A stretch of 64,000 nt of DNA from the IMG/VR virus record IMGVR_UViG_3300042508_000526; one strand, 5' to 3'. The stretch comes from a virus. Taxonomy: Duplodnaviria > Caudoviricetes. Below are positions 39,069-47,053 of the stretch, one piece after another; positions within the stretch are counted from its first letter, which is position 1; each line of letters begins with the position of its first letter. The notes below the pieces were generated by a model. The model had not been told where the DNA came from and did not search any database. It saw nothing but the letters and a program-made list of their open reading frames with translations. The position numbers were made by a program, and so were the translations under genes.

Positions 39069-39229
39069 GGTTTGTCTTCCGTTTTGTTATCTAGTGGTTT
39101 GGGTTGTGGTTTTGAGTAATCGCAGCGGCCGCCTTCACAGCACGTCTCGATGATGATGTGGCAAAAGGGGCAGACAGCTTTCCCGCGTATCTCCACCGAC
39201 GGGCTTTCGCACACCGGGCAGACACTCAT
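39065..39229 (-). CDS. 54-aa zinc-ribbon protein (not in ORF track)
   Basis: MSVCPVCESPSVEIRGKAVCPFCHIIIETCCEGGRC...; start and stop overlap flanking genes. Confidence 0.6.
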   Translation of the reverse strand: MSVCPVCESPSVEIRGKAVCPFCHIIIETCCEGGRCDYSKPQPKPLDNKTEDKP

Positions 39230-39861
39230 CACCAATTGACCTCAATGGGATTACGCGTCTTGTAGCTGAAGTCCAGATCGACGGGTGAGCGGAGTTTAAC
39301 GTTAGGTAGCGGCAGCTTCGGCGCCACGGCCGCAGTTCCGCCCAGCAAACCAGCTGCTGCCAGCGTCGGCACACCGTACGATGTTTGCGACAGCGCATTA
39401 AGCCCGCGGCCAGCAGCTTGTAAACCTTCGCCGGCCATGTTGGTAGCGTGACCGACGCCACGGACAGCGCTGCCGCTGAGACGCGAGCCGTGGCCAACCA
39501 TGCCATACAGATCTCGCAGCCAACGGGGATTTGTTCCCGGCACAGAATCAATCATCTTCTTGCCGCCCGTCTGCATGCCGCGGCCCAGACCCAAGAACAA
39601 TCCGCCAAGACCTGTTGAGTTGCCAAGGCTTGTACCGGTTGTGGGCGAAAACGATGTGCGGGCTTTCGTGCCGACCATCTTGCCGATACCTTCGGTCAGG
39701 CCGCCAAAACCTTTCACGATGTGCTGCGAGCCGCGATCGAGCGTCTTCGCGCCGGAAGCAACGCCGCGCAACGCATTCATGATGCGCCCACCCACACTGG
39801 TAGGATTAATCGCGGCCTTTTCCATTTCACCGACGGCTAAGCCAAATTCATACGGATTCAT
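39229..39861 (-). CDS. Gly-rich virion cargo protein
   Basis: MNPYEFGLAVGEMEKAA leader; amphipathic Gly-rich helices. Confidence 0.7.
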   Translation of the reverse strand: MNPYEFGLAVGEMEKAAINPTSVGGRIMNALRGVASGAKTLDRGSQHIVKGFGGLTEGIGKMVGTKARTSFSPTTGTSLGNSTGLGGLFLGLGRGMQTGGKKMIDSVPGTNPRWLRDLYGMVGHGSRLSGSAVRGVGHATNMAGEGLQAAGRGLNALSQTSYGVPTLAAAGLLGGTAAVAPKLPLPNVKLRSPVDLDFSYKTRNPIEVNW

Positions 39862-39871
39862 GTATCACTCC

Positions 39872-40582
39872 TCAAAAGTTTGCGATCGGTTGCGGCCGGA
39901 ACGCTGTCGGCGCCATCGGCCTGTTTAAGTTTGGCACTTGCGGGGCTGGCGTCGCCGGAAGCGCCTCTGCCGTAGCAGCAGCGGCGTTATGGGGCGCACC
40001 ACCCGAGCCGTTTAATACCATCGGGCCAGCGATCGTGGCCGTCGTGGCCGGATTGCGAATAGCAGCGTCGATTGTTGAACGGACCGGAGCAGCCTTGGTG
40101 ATTGCGCCATATTGCTGCGGCACGATCTTCTGCAGACCCTTGGTGACAGCCTGCTGGCCCTGCGTGGCTGCCCGACCGCCAGCCTGCACGAACTTCTGCG
40201 CGGCCACACCGCCTTGTCGCAACGCTTGGTTGCCGACAGCTTTGCCAGTGGCGCTCAAGCCCTTGCCGATTGTTTTGCCAACCGCGCCACCCACACCGGG
40301 CAAGAAGCTCAGCGCGGTCATGCCCGCAGCGCCAAGCGCGCTTCCAAAACGACCGTTGTACAGATGTCGCGCCATGTCGTTCACACCGGTTGCGACGCCC
40401 GTAAACGGATTCGAGTACAGCGCGATGTCTTGTGCTAAGCCGCGCTGTGTGGGGTCGAGCTGATTCAGGCCGAGCGCCGGCCCGCTGCCTAGCGCGATTT
40501 CGCCCGCAACTTGTCCGACGTCACCCCAGCTGGCGCGCTTTGTGTACGTACCGACGGCGTAACCAAACTCGTACGGCTGCAT
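39872..40582 (-). CDS. Gly-rich virion cargo protein
   Basis: likely start MQPYEFGYAVGTYTKRAS; FGSALGAAGMTALSFLPGVGG segment. Confidence 0.7.
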   Translation of the reverse strand: MQPYEFGYAVGTYTKRASWGDVGQVAGEIALGSGPALGLNQLDPTQRGLAQDIALYSNPFTGVATGVNDMARHLYNGRFGSALGAAGMTALSFLPGVGGAVGKTIGKGLSATGKAVGNQALRQGGVAAQKFVQAGGRAATQGQQAVTKGLQKIVPQQYGAITKAAPVRSTIDAAIRNPATTATIAGPMVLNGSGGAPHNAAAATAEALPATPAPQVPNLNRPMAPTAFRPQPIANF

Positions 40583-40589
40583 AGTAAGC

Positions 40590-40967
40590 TCACTTTTTGT
40601 ACTGCTGGCATTTACGCACCAGCATCTTTGCGCGGAAGCTTCTGGCCATCTTGCGAACGTCCTTATTGTAACAATGATAACTAAAAAAGTGCCCAAACAT
40701 GAAGTGGCAGGGCGTATCGCAGAGTGTAATCAGGTTATTTTCCGTTAATTCCAGCTCCGGCGCAATGCTCACTGGAAAAATATGGTGCACGATAACATTG
40801 GCCGTGCGCCCGCAGACTTCACAGGCGGGATGCGCTTTTAAATGCGCGGCGCGAACTTTCTTCCACGCCAAAGCACGTTCGCGATACGCCAGAATATGTC
40901 GCGGGCGTAACCATAGAGGAAGCCACGTGATGCAAAACTGCCAGAATCGCGACAAGAAGTTTTGCAT
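40590..40967 (-). CDS. HNH endonuclease
   Basis: CEVCG, VHHIFP, NNLITLC..CHFMFGH. Confidence 0.85.
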   Translation of the reverse strand: MQNFLSRFWQFCITWLPLWLRPRHILAYRERALAWKKVRAAHLKAHPACEVCGRTANVIVHHIFPVSIAPELELTENNLITLCDTPCHFMFGHFFSYHCYNKDVRKMARSFRAKMLVRKCQQYKK

Positions 40968-41086
40968 GAGGCCACCTGCGTACTGCCGGCTGTGTGTCGC
41001 GGCAGATAGGGGCAATTAATACATCGCCGGCCGCAACATTGTTTTCTCGATAACAAAAACTCCCGCGACAGTGGTTCCGGCGTCAT
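40838..41086 (-). CDS. small Cys-rich protein (DUF5522-like)
   Basis: FLLSRKQCCGRRCINCPY; C-terminal part overlaps the HNH ORF so boundaries are uncertain. Confidence 0.5.
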   Translation of the reverse strand: MTPEPLSREFLLSRKQCCGRRCINCPYLPRHTAGSTQVASCKTSCRDSGSFASRGFLYGYARDIFWRIANVLWRGRKFAPRI

Positions 41087-41436
41087 AGCACAGTAGCGTG
41101 CTGCGTAAATAACTTCTCGTACACGACGTAGATTTCAGCATACGCTACACCCCACGCAGCGTCGTGCGCTAACTTATTAAAATCCTCGTCGGTGACCGCG
41201 GCATCGAGGCGATGGTTCCACGCCCTCGCGTGTGCCCACTCATGGAGCAGCACATCCATGGCCCGGGACTCATCCAGACTCTTGTCAATCTGAATGTGAA
41301 AGCGCTTGCCGTGTTTCCAGCAGCGACCCTCTAACTTAGAAAGCTTGACCCGGCGAACTGTCACCGGAAAAGCAGCCGGACTGAGCTTTTTCAGCGTCCG
41401 GAGGAGGGCCTGATAATATTTAAACTGAGCCGCCAT
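41083..41436 (-). CDS. zincin (SprT/ImmA-like) metallopeptidase
   Basis: LLHEWAH HExxH motif, downstream AHD..WG. Confidence 0.7.
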   Translation of the reverse strand: MAAQFKYYQALLRTLKKLSPAAFPVTVRRVKLSKLEGRCWKHGKRFHIQIDKSLDESRAMDVLLHEWAHARAWNHRLDAAVTDEDFNKLAHDAAWGVAYAEIYVVYEKLFTQHATVL

Positions 41437-41513
41437 GCTCCATCCTCCTGAAGGGCGTCCTTGCCACATCAGGCCGATTATACCGGGCGGCGCAACGTTT
41501 GCCTGCACGCTTT

Positions 41514-42956
41514 TTAAGCGTTTTTCTGTAGCTGCGCTAACACGCGGGCAGCGCTCTCTTTAATTTCTTCTTCTTCCTTTTTGTCGTCTTTTTCGTCGTC
41601 TTTTTTCTCGCTCTTTTCGTCGTCCGGCTTTTTCTTCTTGCCGATGCTGGAACCAATATTACCCCCCAGATGAGCGCCTGCCCCGAGCCCCAGCGCGCCG
41701 CCACTTAACAAACCCAGTCCGGCACCCGGAGCGCCGCCGAGCGCACCACCCGTCAGCGCACCCATCAGGCCGCCACCCACGCCGCCGGCCAAACCACCGA
41801 CGCCAGAGCCCAGCACGCCGCCGAGCAGCGACGCCTTCTTGCCTTCCCACGACGGAGCGCCCATCGCAGCATCAGCCATCGAATAGCCGGCGCCACCACC
41901 CAGCGCTGCACCGCCGACGCCGCCTGTAAACAGCGTGTTCATAGCCTGTAAATGCGACGCCGGAGACGAACCGGGACCGCCGGCACGACGAACTAACTGC
42001 CCTCTACGCGCTAGTGATTTGAGGTAATCCCCGAGCTGGCGAGCTGACGGCGCAAAGAACTTTTTCGCCAGTCGCGGATTGGTCGACGCTAAAAGCAGCG
42101 TGCCGAGCGCGCCAATGGGCGCACCTACCATCATGCCGGCGCCAGTTGCTGTGCCCTTGACCGCGCCGCGGCCGACACCTTCCATGCGGTGGCCAGACGG
42201 CGCTGTCGCCGCGCCAAGACCAGCGCCAATACCGGCCGACGGCAGCATCAGCGCCGCCATCTTGTCGCCTGCAGCGGCTGCGGCTTCCTCTGGCGCAGGT
42301 GTCGCGGGCGTCTGCGGATTGCGGAACACGCCATCAGAGCCAATAAGATTGCTGCCGTGACCCTGCGCGGCGAGCATGGGATTGATAACGGCACGCTCCA
42401 ACGGATTCATCGTTTTCTGCCCCTTAGCTTTTAACATTGCGTCGCCAAGCATGCCGCCAACCAGCGCTGATTGCTTCATCTGCTGGCCTGCCATCAAGCC
42501 AGCACCAGCAACACCACCGGTCACCGCAGCCCGAGTCGGCGTACCAAACATTGTCTTGCCCATGCGACCAGCAATGTCAGAGCCCATTTGATTTACCTCT
42601 TTCACAAGCGGTTGCGCCGCATTCTGCAGCCGATTCGTGGCCCGCTGCGCTTGAATTCCGAGTCCGCGCATCTGTGTGGTCGCGGTGTTCGCGACTTGAT
42701 TGGCCGCGTTGCCGAGTTCACTGCCGACTTCATTGACGGCGGCACCTAGCGCACGCTCGCCAGAACGGATACCGGCACCAACGCCGCGCATGCTGTTGCC
42801 GAGACCAGAGACAGCATTGCCGACCATATTGTTACCCAGATTCTTCGCGGCAAAGTTAGCAATACCTTTTCCAGCGGCGTTGACTGCGCGACCCAGAAAC
42901 GCTTGCTTTGTCTGCTGACCAACTTGCATACCAAATTGCTGGGGCGTAACGGCCAT
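41514..42956 (-). CDS. Gly-zipper virion cargo protein
   Basis: MAVTPQQFGMQVGQQTKQAFLG leader; repeated KQSA/KMAA/KKAS/KESA motifs, each preceding Gly-zipper blocks. Confidence 0.7.
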   Translation of the reverse strand: MAVTPQQFGMQVGQQTKQAFLGRAVNAAGKGIANFAAKNLGNNMVGNAVSGLGNSMRGVGAGIRSGERALGAAVNEVGSELGNAANQVANTATTQMRGLGIQAQRATNRLQNAAQPLVKEVNQMGSDIAGRMGKTMFGTPTRAAVTGGVAGAGLMAGQQMKQSALVGGMLGDAMLKAKGQKTMNPLERAVINPMLAAQGHGSNLIGSDGVFRNPQTPATPAPEEAAAAAGDKMAALMLPSAGIGAGLGAATAPSGHRMEGVGRGAVKGTATGAGMMVGAPIGALGTLLLASTNPRLAKKFFAPSARQLGDYLKSLARRGQLVRRAGGPGSSPASHLQAMNTLFTGGVGGAALGGGAGYSMADAAMGAPSWEGKKASLLGGVLGSGVGGLAGGVGGGLMGALTGGALGGAPGAGLGLLSGGALGLGAGAHLGGNIGSSIGKKKKPDDEKSEKKDDEKDDKKEEEEIKESAARVLAQLQKNA

Positions 42957-43050
42957 ACGGTCACCTGTGGCTTGAATAGAGTTTTGGATCTTCTTTTTTG
43001 TAACGTGCTGTGCAATGCGCTCGAACAACTTGCGGCGAGATAGTAATAAC

Positions 43051-45555
43051 TCAGCCGCCCGGGCTCCCGGTTGCGTCGACAGTAAACTCGATATCGGAAA
43101 CGTCGGCATCGCTGGGCCCCAAAATACTTCTAATTACCGGCTTGGTCGCGTTTAACACAGCCTTGTCGGGGAGCTGGTATTTTACAAGCTTGCGGCGCTT
43201 CCGTGAAAGCGGGCGTTTGGCTGTGCGCGTAATGTGCTGCTGGAGCACACGCAGCAGATCATCGCCGGCACCCGTAATTCCAGCTTGTTTGTCACCGGCC
43301 TGCTCTTTGCGGCGGCGCTTTAGATATTTTTGCAGCTCTTGCTCTTGGTATTCCTGCAGCATGGTCTTAACATCGCCGGCCTGAACTTTAGAGACCAGCT
43401 TTTCGGGGTTAATCGCCCAGTGTCTAAGCGCCCAGCCACGACGAGGTGTAGGATTGCTGACAAACGGTCCGCCATGCCGCGCTTTGAAGCTCGCCCAGCG
43501 CTTGATCTGTCGCGTGTCTTCGTCGGGGATTCTCCGCCCAGAGTTATAGTTCTGATACCACTCCAGCCAGCCCTTGGGGTCATGCTCTGTCACCCACTCT
43601 GGCTTCCATTCGCCCAGACTGGCTAACCGCGGCCCGTCTTTCTCGTACAGCGACTTGTACACACCCATGGCATGCAACTGCCCGGGCGTATAGTCAGGCT
43701 GAAAGTCAGGAAGTTCCGCGCCGAGCTTTTCTTGTTGATAGCGCGAGCCCTCTTCTTTCAGGAGCTGCCGGAAGGCTTCGTTGAGCTGCTCTTTCTCAGC
43801 CGTGAGGCGTTCCAGCACTTCGTCGCCCGTGCGTTCGCGCTTGTAGCCCATGAGCTTGCCAACAATGCTGGGCTCTTCGCTGGCGCTTAGATATCTTTTG
43901 ACGGCGACGTTTTTGAGTTCCTCTGGCAAATCCCGGTGCGAGTCAAAACGCAGGCCACGGCCTTTGGCTTGCTGGCTGCGCGATTCATGCCAGTGCGGGT
44001 CGAGCAGCTGAATCAAGCTCGTGCCGCGGGTGGACAAGCCTTCAGCGCCAGCCGGGCCAATGAGCAGCGCCCGCAGCTTGCCTTGGTTGTACGCATCGAC
44101 GGCCGCTTGGCGCGCCTTGGGTGTTACGCCGCCGTGGAAGAACGCATGCGGAACTTTGGCTTTCTCCAGCGCGGACGCATACGGCGCCAAGCCAGAGTCA
44201 ATAAAGTTCGAGTAGATAATCGCCTTCTTGCGCTTGTCTTCCGCCAGCGTCTTCTGCAAGTCTTGAAACGCCTTTTGTAACTTAGCGCTTTGCGAAAACG
44301 CCTTAGACGGATCTTTATCGGCGCGAAACGGCTGCGTCGACAGGCTCACTTGGCGCAGGCCCGTCATAAAGCTATTTAATTTGGCCAGCTCATCGCGGGA
44401 CAATGGAAACTCTTGGTCCAGCTTCCAGAGAAAGCCCGGCGGAATCTTCGTGCGGATGGCGTTCTGAATCTTCTTTTGTTCAGCACTGAGCGGGACTTTG
44501 ACCTGCTCTTCTTGAACGTTCACGCCTTCGGGTGTCTTGCTGGGCTGATAATCGACTTTGCCCTTCAGCAGCTGGCGCAGTTCTTTCTCGTTCTTAACAA
44601 TCGGCTTCACGCCGGGCTTCACCCCACGCAGCCAGCCAAATAAACCCGGCCGCACGGTCTTGTAGCCCACGTAGCGCTTCTCAAACTCTTCGGGCGACAG
44701 CTGCTTGTTGTGCAGCATGGCCAAGAGATTCGCCATGTCGCTGGGCGAGTTGGTAATCGGCGAGCCTGTTAATAACAACAGGCGCTGCGCTTTGGCCGCG
44801 GCTTCAGCAGCGCCGACAGAACTAGCGCTCCCGGGATTACGTAATCTATGCGCCTCGTCCATGATGAGCGTGCTGGGCTGCTGCTGGAACTTCTTGCCCA
44901 ACGCCAAGCCGGTGTAGCTCATGATCTCCGGATTGGAGTTGCGCGTGAACTTCTTGACTTCTTTGTCAAAGTTCCCACGCAAGCTCGCCGGCACAACCAC
45001 GCCATAGTCTTCGCCGGTCTGCTTCTTGGCTTCTTCAGCAGCCGCGAGTGACGACAGCGATTTCCCAGAACCCAGTCCGTGATACACCAGTAGTCTGGGA
45101 TCTTCGCCGGTAATGCGATCGGCAATGCGCTGCTGGTGCTCTTGCAGCTGCAGGTCGGGGATGAGTTCCGCGGTTTTGTCTGCTTCTATCTTTGCCCACG
45201 CATCGTCTTTGCTCATGCCGTTTTCTTGCAGCATCCACGCTTTATGGATTTGATCACGTTTTGCTGTTGGATAAAAGCTTAAATCTGTGTTGTTGCCAGA
45301 AGCGGTTAAAAACCCGCCCGGTCGTTGCTTGAGTTTATAGCCGTGTTTTTGCGCAAGGGTGTGCAAAAGTTTCCGAAAACGTTCTTGCTGCGCGACATCA
45401 TCCGTAAACGCAATGTAATCATAGTCGCGCCCCTGCGGCGCCGGACGGCCGTACATTTTTGCGCGGCCCCGCGAACCCATAAGCTCGGCATCGCGCATAA
45501 AACTCGCTGCCGGCTTCGGTAATGTATCGTCGAGAATGCTGTTAATTTTGCTCAT
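43051..45555 (-). CDS. multi-module protein: minimal nucleotidyltransferase + SNF2-type helicase + conserved DPxGW domain
   Basis: GSRG..DYDY..TDL; LVYHGLGSGKS, MDEAH, LLTGSP, AEGLS, QAKGRGLR; HDPKGWLEWY..GRR..DEDTRQIKRW; junctions KTA, KLGA, KQAG. Confidence 0.8.
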   Translation of the reverse strand: MSKINSILDDTLPKPAASFMRDAELMGSRGRAKMYGRPAPQGRDYDYIAFTDDVAQQERFRKLLHTLAQKHGYKLKQRPGGFLTASGNNTDLSFYPTAKRDQIHKAWMLQENGMSKDDAWAKIEADKTAELIPDLQLQEHQQRIADRITGEDPRLLVYHGLGSGKSLSSLAAAEEAKKQTGEDYGVVVPASLRGNFDKEVKKFTRNSNPEIMSYTGLALGKKFQQQPSTLIMDEAHRLRNPGSASSVGAAEAAAKAQRLLLLTGSPITNSPSDMANLLAMLHNKQLSPEEFEKRYVGYKTVRPGLFGWLRGVKPGVKPIVKNEKELRQLLKGKVDYQPSKTPEGVNVQEEQVKVPLSAEQKKIQNAIRTKIPPGFLWKLDQEFPLSRDELAKLNSFMTGLRQVSLSTQPFRADKDPSKAFSQSAKLQKAFQDLQKTLAEDKRKKAIIYSNFIDSGLAPYASALEKAKVPHAFFHGGVTPKARQAAVDAYNQGKLRALLIGPAGAEGLSTRGTSLIQLLDPHWHESRSQQAKGRGLRFDSHRDLPEELKNVAVKRYLSASEEPSIVGKLMGYKRERTGDEVLERLTAEKEQLNEAFRQLLKEEGSRYQQEKLGAELPDFQPDYTPGQLHAMGVYKSLYEKDGPRLASLGEWKPEWVTEHDPKGWLEWYQNYNSGRRIPDEDTRQIKRWASFKARHGGPFVSNPTPRRGWALRHWAINPEKLVSKVQAGDVKTMLQEYQEQELQKYLKRRRKEQAGDKQAGITGAGDDLLRVLQQHITRTAKRPLSRKRRKLVKYQLPDKAVLNATKPVIRSILGPSDADVSDIEFTVDATGSPGG

Positions 45556-45800
45556 CAGCTCACCGTAATGTTGCGAGCTGTTTTATACATTGCCCAGAGG
45601 CCCAAACCAGCTGACACCAAGCCCAGATATTTAAACGACGTGTAGACCGTGACAAAGAAGTAAATCCCCAGCCAGCATGAAAGTGCGCCGATCACCACCG
45701 CCAGCACATGCCAGCGATTGATTGCGCATAGGGCGGCGATCGGCCCGCACAGCAAGACCGCGCACACAATCAGGAATACCATGAAGGCCAAACTTTCCAT
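45555..45800 (-). CDS. membrane protein (3 TM)
   Basis: 81 aa, almost entirely hydrophobic. Confidence 0.6.
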   Translation of the reverse strand: MESLAFMVFLIVCAVLLCGPIAALCAINRWHVLAVVIGALSCWLGIYFFVTVYTSFKYLGLVSAGLGLWAMYKTARNITVS

Positions 45801-45808
45801 GCCACACC

Positions 45809-46144
45809 TCAAAACGCGCTACGGCTGACACGTTTGGTCACAGCCGGCATCGTCGGCTTGGGTGCGGCAGGTGCGGCGGGCCTTGTCACCGGCGCGGGCG
45901 CAGCAGGCTTCGCGGCCACTGGCGGAACGCGCGTTCCGGCACCAACGCTCGTCACTTGTCCGCGGGACAGCGTGCCCTGCAGCGGCTGCCCGGCAGGAAT
46001 ACCAGCTTGACGGCCGGCTGCCTGTAGCTGCTGCGCTTTGCCCTCCAGTGCCGCGTCTTCGCGCTCCATGCGCGCCCACTCCGCGTCAAAGTCGCCCATG
46101 GCTAATTTAATACGTTGCCCAAATTCAAACGGCGTCATAGACAT
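45809..46144 (-). CDS. small virion cargo protein
   Basis: MSMTPFEFGQRIKLA leader; Pro/Ala-rich tail. Confidence 0.65.
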   Translation of the reverse strand: MSMTPFEFGQRIKLAMGDFDAEWARMEREDAALEGKAQQLQAAGRQAGIPAGQPLQGTLSRGQVTSVGAGTRVPPVAAKPAAPAPVTRPAAPAAPKPTMPAVTKRVSRSAF

Positions 46145-46154
46145 AACTTTCTGT

Positions 46155-47012
46155 TTATTTGTCAGCCGGAAACACCAGATTCAGATCCGATGCGGTGGTG
46201 CCCTTGCCGGCAATGCGCAATTCGTGCGCTGTGATCTGTGATTCTATCCAATCCGCGTACAAACTGATACGGGTGTGCGCTGCTTCGTCGCCATACGAGC
46301 CGTTGGGTTGCTTATCCGCCGCCATGAGAAATGAATTAATTCCCGCCAATTTGTTGCCAATAAACATTCCGCCACCAGAATCGCCCGGCGTAATCAAAAA
46401 TTCGAGCGGATAACGATTTTTTACGTCCGCCCGGCAAATCAACACGCCCCGCTCCGTGCCTTCGACCGCATTGTGCCCGCCCCGACGTTTGTTATCGGCT
46501 GTTTGGGCGCCGGTGTGAAATGTGCCCGCAAAGCCGTAGCCCGCAATGGTCACAGCTTTGCCCAGCTCATCGGTGTCGCGATACAGCTCCGGATAAAACT
46601 CTGCTTCGAAATCTTTGTCCGAATAGCACAGCGCCAGATCCCCGTGCCCAAAACTCTCATCTTTGAAGTCGTGGTGAATGACAAAATACGGCACCGCATG
46701 TTTCTTGTCGTCGGCCAGCATGATCTCCGGCTCGCGCGTGTCATGGAGCACATGCGCCGCCGTAAGCGCCCAGTTCGGCCGGATTAAGACAGCCGAGCCG
46801 TACTGATGCAGCGTAATCTCGACGCCGCTTTTCTTATCTTTAATCGTCGTCAGCGCACGAATGCGCACGACATTGGGAAACTGCTTGCCGAATTCGACGT
46901 ATTTCTCGTCTGGCGTGTTCGGATCACGAGTGCCGGCCAAAGCTACAGACGAGCCGGCTAGGATTAGAACTATGTAGCGAAGCAGGTGGGCAAAGGTTTC
47001 TCGCACGTTCAT
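46155..47012 (-). CDS. exported trypsin-like (S1) serine protease
   Basis: signal peptide; LTAAHV, GDLAL, PGDSGGG. Confidence 0.92.
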   Translation of the reverse strand: MNVRETFAHLLRYIVLILAGSSVALAGTRDPNTPDEKYVEFGKQFPNVVRIRALTTIKDKKSGVEITLHQYGSAVLIRPNWALTAAHVLHDTREPEIMLADDKKHAVPYFVIHHDFKDESFGHGDLALCYSDKDFEAEFYPELYRDTDELGKAVTIAGYGFAGTFHTGAQTADNKRRGGHNAVEGTERGVLICRADVKNRYPLEFLITPGDSGGGMFIGNKLAGINSFLMAADKQPNGSYGDEAAHTRISLYADWIESQITAHELRIAGKGTTASDLNLVFPADK

Positions 47013-47053
47013 GGCGCGCCCCCGATCGTATGTTAAATAGTTAGCATCTCATT

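Noticed and set aside
32812-40967. PD-(D/E)xK and HNH nucleases as intron-borne or defence systems
   Set aside because: Free-standing, translationally coupled to neighbours, with no split host gene or methylase partner; ordinary for large phages
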